From NCBI GenBank assembly GCA_965644315.1, contig CBFFRQ010000062.1, positions 186,001 to 250,000 on the forward strand: a stretch of 64,000 nucleotides of DNA. The letters run 5' to 3'. Under the pieces are notes generated by a model, which saw nothing but the letters and a program-made list of their open reading frames with translations, was not told the origin of the DNA and searched no databases. A program made the position numbers and the translations under genes. Shown in pieces: positions 47,517 to 60,657 of the stretch; position 1 is the stretch's first letter, and each line of letters begins with the position of its first letter. The stretch is from Caecitellus pseudoparvulus. Its lineage: Eukaryota; Protista; Bigyra: Bicosoecida.

Positions 47517-50500
47517 TTACGGCTGGGAGGCGTGACTGCCTTGGCGGGAAGTGGTGCTCGGCACTGACACCATGGCTGCCGCTTTCCCGCTGCTGGCGGC
47601 TGACGATGGGCGGCGCGCCTGCTCTGACGGCACCCCTGACGTGCCTGGCCCAGGCTGCCCCGAGCGTGTGGGTGTTGTGGTGGCCGTCGTTGCCGCAGCA
47701 CTTGCGGGGGCAGGCGCTGTGCTCGTCGTGGCGTGTGCAGTGGGCGCCTGCACACCTTGCTGCGGTGCAGGTGGGCTCTCTGCCGCAGCAGCGTGGGCTG
47801 CCGTGGCACCATGCTTGGCTCGAGGGGCTTTCCCCTTAGTGTCACGCTTGCCCTTGCTTTGGCGCTTGGGCGCGCCGCGCTTGCGGGATGGCGGGGGCGC
47901 CAACGTTCCGCGTTTGAACGGCGACGGAGCAGGCAACGCTGACTGATACGCGCTCAGCGCCTGCCCACCCGTCACAGTGCGCTTCATGGACAGCGAGTGG
48001 CCTTTGTGTTGCATGGTGGCCTCCACCGCAGCCATGCCCTTGCTCTGTGGCGGCTTCTTGCGGCGCAGGGTGGTTGACGTGGGGGGCAGGGCGTTTTTCC
48101 GCTGACCAGCGGCAGGTTGGCTGGCTGGTCGCGCCGCCTGCTCAGACCCGCCGGCACTGCCCTCCGCGGCAGCAGGTCTCTTGGACGGCGTTGCTTTGTT
48201 GGGTGGTGGGGACAAGTAGCCTTTGCGCACCACAGACCGTCCCTTGAGGGGCGTCAGCGTCGTTGTGTTTTTCCGCCGGCGACGGCGCTCTGCCGCCTCG
48301 CGCGACGCACGCTGCTCCTTGGCCCACGCGTCGCTGCTGGCCTGCATGCGTGAGAACACCTGGGGTGCCGCTGCAGCCTGGTCATCACGGGTGCCGCGGT
48401 CACCTCGCGGGGTGACGGGCGGAGCACTGTCGGCCTGAGGCGCTGGCGCGGCGGGCAGTGTTTCTACGGACTGCACGGCGCCCTTGCTGGGCGTGCTGCC
48501 GCGTGCGTGCTGCCGCAGCCACCACGGCTGGGTCGTCGGCCCATCAGCCTTGCCTTCTGACCCGCTGAGGGTGGGGGTGGAGCGAGTGCCCACCTCCCCC
48601 CCCAACACCATGGTCACACTGTCTCCCGCTCGTGTGCCACGGCCCAGGCGATCGCCACCCCCCGCGGCATCGGGGCCTGTCCCCATGGAACCCTCGGCCC
48701 AGCTGGATCGCCTGGGCCCACCCCCTAGTCGGGGCGATGGGCCCACCTGCACCTCCCTCTGCGCCTCAAAGTCCATGGCCGCCGCATGCACCGTGTCTGT
48801 GGCCACCTGCCGCGACTGGTTGTGCAGGAGCGACCCCAGGCCCAGGCGGTTGCTGGCCCGCCGAACAACATGGGAACTCACAGTGCGCTGGGCAGCCACC
48901 GAGGCCGCTGCGGCACGCTCCTCTGGGGACACGTGCAGCTCAGCCTCCGGCACCGCAGTGTGGGCCCAGTGTGGGTGGGCCGATGCGGAATCCGCAAGTT
49001 CCGCACGCATGGAGGCGGCGGAGGCCAGCAGCGCCGCGCGACTGTGAGGGTCCGCCCCCCCCGGGGAGGAGGGGCGGACAGCACCGCCCCTGCCGCCGCC
49101 GCCGCCCACCACCACCACTGGCGCGTAGGCGGGGCGCAGAGACGGCGGCAGAGCTGCGAAAGCCAGGGCCAGAGCCTCTGAGCCAGTGGCGGCCCCGCCG
49201 CCGCCGCCGCCGCCGCCGCCACTGCCGCCGCTGCCTCTGCGGCTGCTACCCCGGGACACCCCTAGCAGGCCGGATGAGGTTGGGTCCTCGCCCTGCGGCA
49301 GCAGGAGGCGGATGCGGGAGAGGCCACGGGGGACCCCGTCCACACCGGACCCGGCCCGACCCCGCTCCAGCAGCTCCAGGTCAAAGGCGGCGGTGTCCGC
49401 ACCCCCGCCCCCCGCCAGGCTGCTGAGGGCGGCGGAGGCGACACTGCCGCTGGAGGTGCGGGGAGGGACGCCCCACCCCCCCTCGGCGTCCTCCTCCACC
49501 CCCCCTCCAGACCGCCAGGAGGGCTCCGAGAAGAGCAGCCCCCCCCCCGTACGGGAACCGGACCTGCCCCCGGGCGAGGTGCCCCCCCCCCATCCCAGCC
49601 TGGACGGCGACGTCTGTCCCAGCACATCCAACACACGTGGGGATCGCTTGGGCAGGGCTTTGAGGGTGCTGCCACTGCCCTGTGAGTCCAGGCTGGTTCG
49701 CTTGGTCCACACGTGGGCCAGGGCGGCGCTGGCGTGGAGGCTGCGCAGGAACGCCGCGTGTTCCGCCTTTCCTGCGTGTTCCGCCTTGCCGCCAGCGGGC
49801 AACGGCGGCAGCAGCGCCTTGCCCTCCTGCACGTCCTGGGCAGACCGCCCCAGGAGGGGCAGAAACGCCCCCGTGCCAGCCTCCAGGGCCACTGCCTCGA
49901 TGCCCAGGAGGTGTGAGGGGGGGGACGGCAGGGGGCTCCACACTGCTAGGCGCTCCACGGAGAGTGGGATGAGGGCGGCCGCCGCGACGGCGAACTCCGG
50001 CAGGGCGAAGCTGGCCAGGAGCATGCGATCTGAGGTCGTGAAGGCGGCATCCGCCACCCCCGGCATGCGGTTGGCCAGTGCGAGGGACCAGGGGGGGGTG
50101 GACCCCCCCTCCCGGCCGGACCCCAGCGACTGCCCCCATGGCTCCACCTCCACGCCCCTGCCGCCGGCTGGGGCCAGGGGCGTGGAGGCCTCCTGGTCAC
50201 TGGCGACCGCACTGGCGGCTGTGCCGGGTCGCTGGCGAGACTGTGGCGTGCGGGGGGGGCGCATGCCGGCAGCGGGCGGCCCCCCCCCGCCCGGCGTCCC
50301 AGACACGGTGGCAGTGGGCGCGGAGGGGGTCTCCCCTCCGCGCCCGCTGCCCTCATCCGAGTCAGAAACCGACGCATACGACTCCACCTCGGACACTTGG
50401 GCCAGGGAGCCCCCCTCCAGGGAGGGCGCGACCCCCCCCTTACCCCCCTCCCGGGCGGAGCCCCCCTCCCCAAGCCCCACGCTCCCGGAGCTGCCTTGAC

Positions 50501-53500
50501 GAGGCACCTGCGCGGCAGGGGTGGGCCCACCCCCCGCCTGCACGGGGTCCGGCAGCAGCAAGAGGACCGAGGTCACCAGGTCAGCGTTGTCTGCGACCGC
50601 GCTGGCGCTCATGGTGCCGCTGCTGCTGATGCGTTGCAGCGCCACGCCGCACCATTTCCGCACGCCAGCGGGGACACCCGACCTGGACGTCATGGCGGAC
50701 AGTGCCGGGACGGTGCGGTCCAGCAACAGCACGGCCCGCACTGGCTCAGGGCAGCCAGCCAGCCGGGCGATGGCCTCTGCACAGGCTTCGGAGGTGGACC
50801 CGCGTGACTCCTGCATGCACAGGAGCAGGGCGGGGGTGGGTCGCAAGGCGGCCAGGGGCTGGGTGCGCATGCGCGCCACGGCATCCACACTGGGCATGCC
50901 GCCGGCATCCGCCCCCCCACCGCGCCCCCCCCCCCCTGCGTGGTGGTACAGGGGGTCTTGTGGCAGTGCCGCGAGAGTCGCGGGGCCCTGCTGCACCAGC
51001 AGCTGGGCGGCGGTGACCGCGTCGCTGTGCGACAGGCCCCCCAGTGCGGCCCTCGCAGCAGGGGGGTCGCACCCCCCCCCCAGACTCCACAGACCAGCAG
51101 TCAGCTCGGGGGCGGGGTCCACCCCCTCCGGCAAGCACCCCGTGAGCCAGGTCAGCCAGGTGCCGGGGGCGGATGTGGCGAGGGCCGCAGCGGGGAGGCC
51201 CGCGACACGCGCGACCTCAACTAGCACAGAGGCCGCACACTCCTCCACCTCCGCCAGGTGCTGGGCCCCCAGGGCGATGCGGTCCCCCGCCTCCAGCGTC
51301 TCCGCCAGGCGGGTGGCGTTCAGGGTGCCGTCTCGCGCCAGGCCGGCGATGTGCCGGCCCAGGGAGGAGGAGGAGGTCCACGCCTCCTGGGAGGGGGTGG
51401 ATGGTGGGGCGAACGGGGGCGCTTCACTCTCACCTGCAGCGGCAGGGGCAGGGGCAGGGGCAGCGGAGGGGCGGGAAGAGGGGGAGGGGCCCCACTGCAC
51501 CCCCCTGTGGCGGGAGGGGGAGGGGGGCACCAGGTTCGGCTGCACGGACGGCTCCACTGCCGCCGGGCCCCCCGCTGGTGTCCCCCCCTCCGATACGCGG
51601 CGCCCGGGTCGCCCCAGGTGCATGGCAGCGAAGGACTGGACCCGGGCCATGACCCCACCGGAGCTGGCGCCAGGGGGGGCGGCGGCATCCTCCTCCTCCC
51701 CCCCCCGCCGGGCCATGGTGGATGCCAGCGCACCCTGCCCCCACGGCGCCGCCACCGTCACCCCCTGCTGCAGCAACCACGGAAACCACCCCGCAATGAG
51801 GGCGGTGCCGGGGCGAGAGTCGGCATCCACGGCACTGAGCCAGGCGGACCCGCCCCCCCCTCCAAACATGCCACTGGCACTGGAGCCGCGGGAGGCACCA
51901 CGACTGGGCCCCCCGCCCCGACTGGGGGGGTGGCTGCCAGGGGGGGGGGGCGGCCCCCCCCCCTCGGCTGGGCTGGGCAGGGGCAGGAAGTCCCACCCCT
52001 CCCGCCCCGCACTGCACATGTGCAGGGGGGCGAACAGGAACAGGGGGTGGGCCACTGCCGCGGGCAGGGACCGCGCCATGGCCGCAGCCCGGGACCCCAG
52101 CGCCTTGCACACGGCGTGCCCCAGGAGGGGGGACCCGGGCGCCACGTACAGGGGGGCGGGTCCGGACCCCGCCGCCCCCCCATGCTTGGCCACCAGGGCC
52201 CGCGCCAGGCCCAGCTGTTGGCTGGGGGGCTGTGCTGCGTTGCCAGTCACCAGTTCCGTCGCGCGGGTGTGACCCGCCGCCCCCAGCAGCCATGCACTCT
52301 GTTCCGCCCTCTCCTCCGCCGCTGCTGCCTGTGCCGCAGCCTGGGTGTGGGCGTACGCCTCATGCAGGGTGGCGCGGGCTTCCGGAACACGCAGGAGTGT
52401 TCCGGCTGCAGCCTCCACCACCCCCGCCAGCAGCATGTGCCCCAGCAGGGGGGGGCACTGCTCCAGGGCTTGGGTGCTGGAGGGGGGGTCGTCGGGCGGC
52501 AGAGCCCCCCCCAACAGCGCCCGCACGCAGTGGGCGGCAGCGGACCGCATGGGTGCTGTGACGAACTCGCCCAGGCGGGTGGGCGGCAGGGGCACGGCGG
52601 CCCGGACGTGGGGCTTGCTCCAGGACCCCTCCCCCACCCACCCCTCCACGCCGTGGCGCCACACTGCGACCAGGGCCGCCGTTACAGCGGGGGGTGGCGC
52701 CACGGTGACTCGACTCATGAGCACTGCACACAGCAGGCGCGTGGCCAGGGTGGGCAGCCACAACAGGGACACGGGCACCGCCTGCCCCTGAGGGGGCGGG
52801 GGGGTGGGCCCACCCTCGCCGTCCTCCCCCGGGCCCAGCAGCAGCCCCCCCGTATCCGGGCGGAACAGGGGGTTCAGGTCCGCATGTGCTTCCGTGTTCA
52901 CGTAGGGGGCGTCGGGGGGGGCTAGGGCAGGCACGAGCCCGTCTGCCCCCCCCCACGCGGCGGCTGGCAGCCCCCCAAAGGTGGCCAGGAGGGGGGCCTC
53001 CTCCACACCCCCCCCCCCTCGGGGCGACAGCTCGTGCCGCGTCGCAGCAGTCGAGGGGGGGACAGGGGGGGTCAGGGCGGCGTGCGCGCCGGGCAGCATG
53101 AGCGCCGCCCAGGCGTGCAGCAGACACGGCATGTGCAGGGCGGCAGCACAGGCAGCGTGGGCCGTGACGACGCTCCAGGCGTGGGCCAGGCGGGGCAGGG
53201 TGTCGCGTGCGACCGTCACGCTGGCGGGGCGGGCAGGGGTGTGCCACGCGTGGGGGGGCGGTGTCCCCCCCCCCGCCCCCCCCAGCATGAACCATGCATG
53301 GGGCACGGAGCGTGTGGAGGGGGGGGGCAACGCCGCCTCGCCCCCCGCCACTGTCGGGCGAAGGGGAAAGGCGTGTGCCGGGGACACCATGGAGGAGGTG
53401 GGGTCCGCCAGGGCCGTGAGGGTGATCTCCCGGGTACACCCCAGGCTGGGCACGGAGCCGCCCAGCACCAGGCCCAGGCTCTGCACCAGGAGGTGGCGGG

Positions 53501-56500
53501 AGAGGGCGGGCTGCCCCGCCAACACCGCTGCCACCTCCCCACTGGGGTGTGTGAAGGCGTGCTGCAGAGCACAGGTGCAGGCATGCACCAGCACCGCCTG
53601 GGTGTCCAGGCGCAGCTGCGGAGAGTCGGAGGAGCCGTCCGCCGTCGCGCCCCCCGCGAACCCCGGCAAACTGCGGAGCACCCAGGAATTGTGTGCGTTC
53701 AGTGTGACGGAAGAGGCGGGGTGCAGGTGCTGCCCCTGGCCCTGCTCAGGGCCAGGCTGCAGCTGCAGCACTGTCAGGGTGAGCGTGCGGAGAATGCGCA
53801 ACCAGCCGATTTGCACGAGGCCGGGCAAGCACTCCCGCACGGCTGACAGGTGGTGTGTGGCGATGGCTGTGGCGATGAGGGTGCGTGCGAGGAGGGAGGA
53901 GGGCGTGACGCCCCCCTCCTCCTGCCAGCGGCCCACGCGTGTGATGGCGGCCAGCTGTCGCGTGCGACACAGCAACGCCGCCAACAGGTGCTGCGCCGTG
54001 AGGGGCGAGGCAGCCACTTCCTCCGCCGCAGCAGGCGTGCCCAGAATGCGTGCCAGTGCAATGGCGCACCGCGTCAGGCCCAGCAAGTCAGCGTTCATGG
54101 TGGCTTCACACAGTGCCGCCATGGCTCCCTTGCGCACCAGCTGCAGGTGCAGGGCGGGGTGTTGCGCCAGGCCTGCCAGCACCCGCGTGACGTTGCCACG
54201 CACGGCAGGGTGCACGGAGGAGGCCAGGGTGGTCAGCGCCTCCATGCTACGGCGGTCAGCCAGCACAGGCAGGAACGCCTCGGGGGGTTGCTGGGAGGGG
54301 GGGGCATCCGCCTCGCCACCCCCCCCCTCCTCCGCCTCGCCACCCCCCCCCTCCAGACCCTCCGCCACCCCCGCCGTGCCGCGGTGCAGGGACCCCGTCA
54401 CCATGGCGTCCAAGGTCGCATCTGCGACCAGGTTGGCCAGCAGGGTGGTCGCAGTGAGCTGCGACGCCGCCTCCGCCACCCGTGGCGCCGCCAGGATGAT
54501 GGCGAGGCAGTTCAGGCCCGGGTCATACGTGGCGGACCCCACCGCCGGCACGCCCGCATCCCCCCCATCGACCCCCCCCTCACCCCCCTCCCCAGCAGGG
54601 GGCAGCCGGGCCTGCAGACTACCAGACGCTCGGCAGGCGAACTCGAACCCCGCCGACGCAAAACGGGCGGCCTGGGTGGCGGCGGTGACACACAGGTTGG
54701 TGCTGGCCAGGAACCGGGCGGGGGCGGCGTCACCCCCCCCCTCACCCCCCTCCTTACCCCCCCCTTCTGACTTGCTGTCCCCAGACCGGGCCGAGGCAAG
54801 GGCCGTGTCACCCGCCCCCACGCTGTCCAGCGCGCCACCCCGCCCACGAGCGGGGGATGCGGGGGCAGTGGACACGGGGGGGGGGGGTGGTCCCCCCCCG
54901 CCCCCCTCCTCCTCCAGCATGTCCATGCCAAAGTCCCCCAGCACGCCCAAGGCGGGGTCCCCCGCCCGGGAACAGTTCAAATCCTCCGCCACGGGCAGCT
55001 GCTCCAGCAGCGCAAAGGCCTGGCGGGGAGCAGGGTGCCCGCCGCCGCCCAGGTCCCCCCCCCCCGGACGCCGCCCCCGCCATCACCAAGTAGAAGGCCA
55101 CCCCCTCCCCCGCCGAGCCCAGCAAACTCGCCACGTTGGACTGTTTCCCAGTGGACACGGCATTGCGGGCGGCGCCAGCCAGGGCCCCCGCCCGCCGCCT
55201 GGTGCGCCGGCGTCGCCTGCGACCCCCCGCCCCAGTTGGCTCCAGCCCCAGCTCCCGCTGGTGCTTGGCCACCATCACCCCCGCCGCCTCGGCCCAGGGG
55301 GTGATGGTCCACAGGGGGGCGCCCATGTCCAGCGCCGCGGCACGGGCAGCCACCGCATCCTCCACGTCACTGTCTGCGCCGTGACCGCCGTGACCCCCCC
55401 CCTCTCCGGACCCGGCCCCCCCCCCCATGTCCGGGGGCAGGTATCCCCCCGGCAGCAAGTGCGCCTTCAACGCCACTCGCTCCACTTCAGAGGCGGAGGC
55501 GAGTTGCACCGTGGTTTCCGCCTCCACCGCCAACTTCACAGTGGCCCATAGCATGCCGCCCCGCAGGAGGTAGGGCCGGGCGGCGGGGTCCACAGCCAGG
55601 TTGAACAGGGCCGCCGTGGTGAGGTGTTTGGTGTGCCAGTCATCTGAGCGGAACAGCGCGCCCACTGTCATGGCACTGCCGATTTGACTGGCCACCATCT
55701 GCTGCTCACGGGATTGCCGGCGGGTGTCGGCGGGTGGGCCCATCGCCGCCGCCACCAGGCCATCCGCCCATTTCCGCACGGCGCCCTCGTCGGGAAACCG
55801 CGCCCCCAGGGCGGCCTTGTCCGCACCCCCCGCCTCCTTCTGCATCAGAGCCAGACCTTTGTGTTCCAAGTTGAACAGCACCTGCGTCACGGCAGCCACC
55901 ACCTGCCGCCACTCCAGCACCGCCCCACTGTGCGGCACACACGTCAGGTTGAACGCCGCCTGGGCGCACTCCCGCCGCAAGCCAGAGTCCACCGCCCGCG
56001 CATGGGCAGCCAGCATGCCCAGAACACCGTGCCGGATCAAGTGTTCGTGGCAGCTCTGCAGCGCGGACAGGCGGCACAGTGCGGAAATACAGTGCCCCTT
56101 CAGCTGGGGCCGACTGCGGGCGACGCGCGCGAGCGTTTCTATCGCGCCCTCGCGGCGGTGGTGGGCCCACCATGCGGCAGCACGCCCCTGCCACCCCTCT
56201 GCTTCCGCGTGCTCCTGTGCCCCCCCCTCGCGCTGTTCTGGGGGGGGGGGCTGGTCCGCCGCCCGTGGACGGGCCGCCTCGCTGCCTGCACCCCCCCCCT
56301 CAGACACACTGGAGTGTGCCCGAGGCTTCTTGATGGGGGTGGAGGCAGGGGCAGGGGCGGGGGTGGGGGCGACCGTGCCGCCACCACCACCGCTGACGAT
56401 GCTGCTGGCGACGTGGCTCATGACCTCCAGCACGCCAGCCGCCTCGCTCCACGGCGCAGCCACGGGGGAACCACCACGCCCCCCCACAATGGAATCGGCA

Positions 56501-59500
56501 CCCCCCCCCGGCAGCACAGAGCCACCAGGGCTGTGTGTGGGGCTGGTTGCTGGCGGGAACGCCGCGGGGGGCGCCTCCCCGCCGCCCTCGCCGAAGCTGG
56601 AGCGCTGCATGAGTCGGGCCAAATTCCGCATGTCGTCGGCCGGCATGAGCCCCGACCGCAGCGCCAGGTCTGTGGCGGAGGGCTTGGCAGGCGGCGCATC
56701 TGCACGCACGTCAGGCAAGGCAGTGCTGCCTCCAGCCCCACCCCCCTCGCCACTGGCGCCGCTCAGCCCTGTGGCGTGGCTGCCTGTGCGCGGCAGTGTG
56801 GTGGCGCCGGCGGCGTCGGGGAGGCTAGTGGCAACAAGTGCTGACGCCGTCCCAGCGGCGCGGGGGGTGGAGGAGGACGCAGTGCGGGGCACTGTGGCGG
56901 CAGCGGGGGAGGTGGGGGGGCGTGTGGCGAAGGAGGGTGGGCGCGGCAGGGACTGCCTGCCGCTGTCGGAGTCACTCCGGCCCAGTGCTGCGTTGAACAG
57001 CTCCGCCGCCACGAACGGCGGCAACTCCAACGCGTCGCCCTCCAGCTGCACCAGGCGCTGCCGTGCCGTGCGGGAGTGACACAGCGCCGCCAGCGTGCGG
57101 ATGGCCGGCTCCACATCCCGGTAGGCGGAGCGGACACCGGCGGCGGCGACGAGGAGGCGGAGGGGGTCGTAGGGGGTGTGGGCCCCCCCCTCACCCCCCC
57201 CCTCCGGCGCCTGCCCCGCACTGGCGATGGCCTCCACGCCTTCCGCGTGATCCGCCAGCGCCAGCAGGGACTGCAACGCAGCATAGCGCGAGTCACTGGG
57301 TGCCGTCGCGACGAGCTGTGCGAGGGCCATCACGGCCCCGTGTTCCAACACATGCAGAACAGTCTCACGCGCCCCGGAACACAGTGCCCGCAGCGCCCGG
57401 GCACAGCGCTCGATGGGCAAGCGGCCACCACTGGCGCGAGGGGGGGGTGCCTTGCTCCGGGAGGGGGGGTCTGCCCGGCCGGACCCCCCCTCCCTCTCCG
57501 CATACGCCTGCACCGTGTCCACGATCACCTTCACGAAGCCCAGCCGCAGCAGCTGCCGCTGACTGCCCGCTGCCGAGTGCTCAAACAGATTGCTCAGCGC
57601 AGTCATGGCGGCGTGCTTCACGTCGAATGTACCCACGTCGAACCAGATGCGCAGCGCATCCCCCGCCCCCTCTGAGATGAGGGTGGGCACCAGCGCGGGA
57701 AAAGTGGACAGATGCAGGAGGGTCTTGGTGCTGGCCAGCGCGAACGCCACCAGGTGTGATGCGCTGGTGATGTGTTCCGTCTCGGGGCCCGGCAGCCGAA
57801 CACCCTCCACCCCGTCCACCTCCACCAGCTCCGCTCCCGCGAGCGCGTCCGGCGGCAGCAGGTCGGCGGCGGGGTCAATTTCCGCAGCCGGCGCCGCGGC
57901 AGCTGCGCCAATGTCCACGCTGAGGGCGGCAGGCTTGCCCTTGCGGGGGCCCCCGTGGGCCGGCGCAGAGGAGGGGGCTGATGCGGGGGGGGGGTGCGGG
58001 TCCACCCACCCCTCCAGACTGGAGCCGTGCTCTGCGACGAACTTCGCCCGTGTCATGGCTGCTGCGACGATGGCCCGCACTGCGTCGGGCAGCGCGACAA
58101 CCTCCTTGGCCAGCATTTCGTCGCTGAGGGTGAGCCGGAACAGCACGCCGGCGGCGATGTCCTGTGTTCCGGGCTCCACGTCCGGCTCCGCCAGCAGGCT
58201 GACCAGTGCCGGCAGCAGGCGGGATGCGCCCAGGGACTTTACACTGGAAGGCACCTGCGCGATGAGGGCCAGGGCCTTGGAACACCGCAGCTGCACCTCC
58301 CGAACATCTGCCAGAACAGCGGCCTGAGCGGGGGACAGGTGCGACAGCTGGTCTGGCGTGAGCGCGTGCAGGGGGGGGGTGTCCACCCCCAGCACCCCCC
58401 CCTCCGGCCCCTGCCCCAGAGAAGGCACCTCCAGGGGGGGTGCGGCATCCCCTGCCCCCCCCTCCTGCACCACTGGCAGGCCCCGGGGGGGGGGGGATGC
58501 CGCCCGTGCCCCCCCCCCCCCGCTCTGCAGCACGCCATACCGTGCCTTGGCTAGGCGCCCTGAGGTGCTCATATCCAGCAGCCGGATGAGGAGGGGCACC
58601 AGCCCATTCTGCACGGCCACCTTCACAGCGGCATGCGGGTCTACGTGCCCCCCCCCCCGCCGCACCTTGCCTCGCCACGCCGCCACACTGGTCGCAGCAC
58701 GCATGGCAGAGAGACCCCCCCCCAGACCCCCCCCCCACGCTGCTAGACCCCCCCACACTGCTCCCATCATCCCACCCACTGCCACTGCCACTGGCTGTGC
58801 GGGGCAGGGAGTGGGGGTTGATGTATGCCGCCGCCACACCCCTGCGCCCGGATGCGGAGGCGGAGGGGGGGGCGGCATCCAGCACCCCCTCCGCATCCAC
58901 CATGCTCTGGGCCCCCACCACCAGCAACCGGTGCAACACCACCGCCGCCACCCGCAGTGTGGCGGGGGGAGTTTCGCGGTGCCGCACCACCGCCGTCACG
59001 GCCGCGATGATGCCAGGCAGGAACAGCGTGTCCAGTGGGCGCTCCTCGGGATCCTGCAGCACACGGCGAGCCAGGGCACACACCGCTGCTGTGCGGAGGT
59101 GGCGGGGCGAGTGGGGGGGGGGGTCGGATCCGGTGGGGGGCGGGGGGGGACCTCCCCCCCCCGCCGCGCCGCTGCCCGGCGCACACAGCGTCAGCACTGG
59201 AAGCAGCATGTCGTCGTGCGGAATTTGCTCGGACAGGAACAGGTACGTGAGCACCACCGCTGTGTTCCGGCGAATGGCCGCCGCCTGGGGCGTCGCGGGC
59301 GACGTGCTCTGCCATGCCTCCGACCCCGCCATGTGCCACGTCGCGAAGAGGGTGCGGGGGGTGGTGCCGGCCGCGATGCGAGGTCGCATGGCGGGGTCCC
59401 GCGCCAGCCGCACCAGTGTCCCCGTGCTGGACATGCGCAGGGCTTGGAAGGCGGCGTCGCCCTCCTTCTCCTCCGCCCCTGCCTCGGGCCCCTCGGCGCT

Positions 59501-60410
59501 GCCGGCCAGGGACGCCGCCACGCCAGCGCCGTCACCCAGCCCACCGCCATCGGCGCCAGACGGCGAACCAGGCGCGCCCTCCCCCTGCAGCAGCGGCACA
59601 GAGCGGCGGTTGAAGTGTGCTCCCGCAGACATACTGCCTGACGGCATGCGGGAGGCGTACACCAGCAGGCCGGCCTTGGCGCCGCGGGCAGGGAGGGACG
59701 GCGTGAAACGCTGCACGATGCGCGAAACGCGGGACTCTGCCTGCGCCTGTGTCGGCAGCATGCCTGCAACACTGGCCTCCCACGCCTCAGAGTGCTCCCC
59801 CCCACTGCTGGCCTGTGCTTGGGCGTCCCGAGGTGTCACCATGAACATGCTATCGGCGCCGGCGTCGGCCAGCGGTGGCTGCGCAGGCAGAGTGCTGCTC
59901 AGCTCGCCAGGCGACGCCGGCGCGAGGGAGCTGCGTGTCGCAGCCAGCCATGCCCCTGCACCCGGCGCAGAGGGGGCCTCCAGTGCCTCTGGACTGGGAG
60001 ACACTGCCTGCGCAGCGGGGAGGCGGGGAGGCGGCACGGTGCAGCGGCAGGCAGGGAGCGACAACTGCCCAGCGGACAGGTCGCGTGCGACCACGCACCT
60101 CCTCACTCAGCGCCTCCACATGGCGGTCCAGCGTCATGAGCAGCGCGTCCAGGGTGGAGTTCTTGCTCCAAAACCCCGGCATGCGGTTCAAGCGGAAGTA
60201 GCATGCCAGCTGCTGCAGCTCTTTCTTCGAAATGCCTTCGCCTCCGCCGGTTGCTGTGACGGCGGCGGCCTTGGCACCCGTCGCCCCTGCGTTGCGCCGC
60301 CGCAACTCCAGGACGTGCGGGAACACACGGGCACGCGCCTGGGACAGACGCAGTTCGGAGCCCAGCTCCTCCAGGTGGGCTGCCGCCGCGCTCTTGGAGC
60401 GCAACGCCAT
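47517..60410 (-). CDS. Giant (~4,200 aa) armadillo-repeat-containing, low-complexity protein; intron 60008-60098; two apparent 1-nt frameshifts at G-runs (~58720, ~55060)
   Basis: Four consecutive minus-strand ORFs with ARM-like helices (VQNGLVPLLIRLL, AAMTALSNL, CAQAAFNLT, AALFNLAVD, QLVRKGAMAALC) separated by G/P/A/S-rich linkers. Confidence 0.65.
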
Positions 60411-60657
60411 GCTGCTGCAGCTGCAGCGCAGTGGCTGCTTTGACGCCGTCGCCAGCCGCAAGGGTGGTAGGCACAATCAAAACGAGGCAGTTGAACAGAG
60501 CGCGACACGGGACACTTTGCGCACCTCTGTCGAATTTTGTCACCCACCCGCGTCCGCGCAGTGCTCAGCTTGTGCTGCTTCACCCCCTCCGGGTGTGCTC
60601 CGAAACGGGAGCGAAACGCCAGTCTGCCCACGCTCCCCCCGCCACCACACGCCAGCC

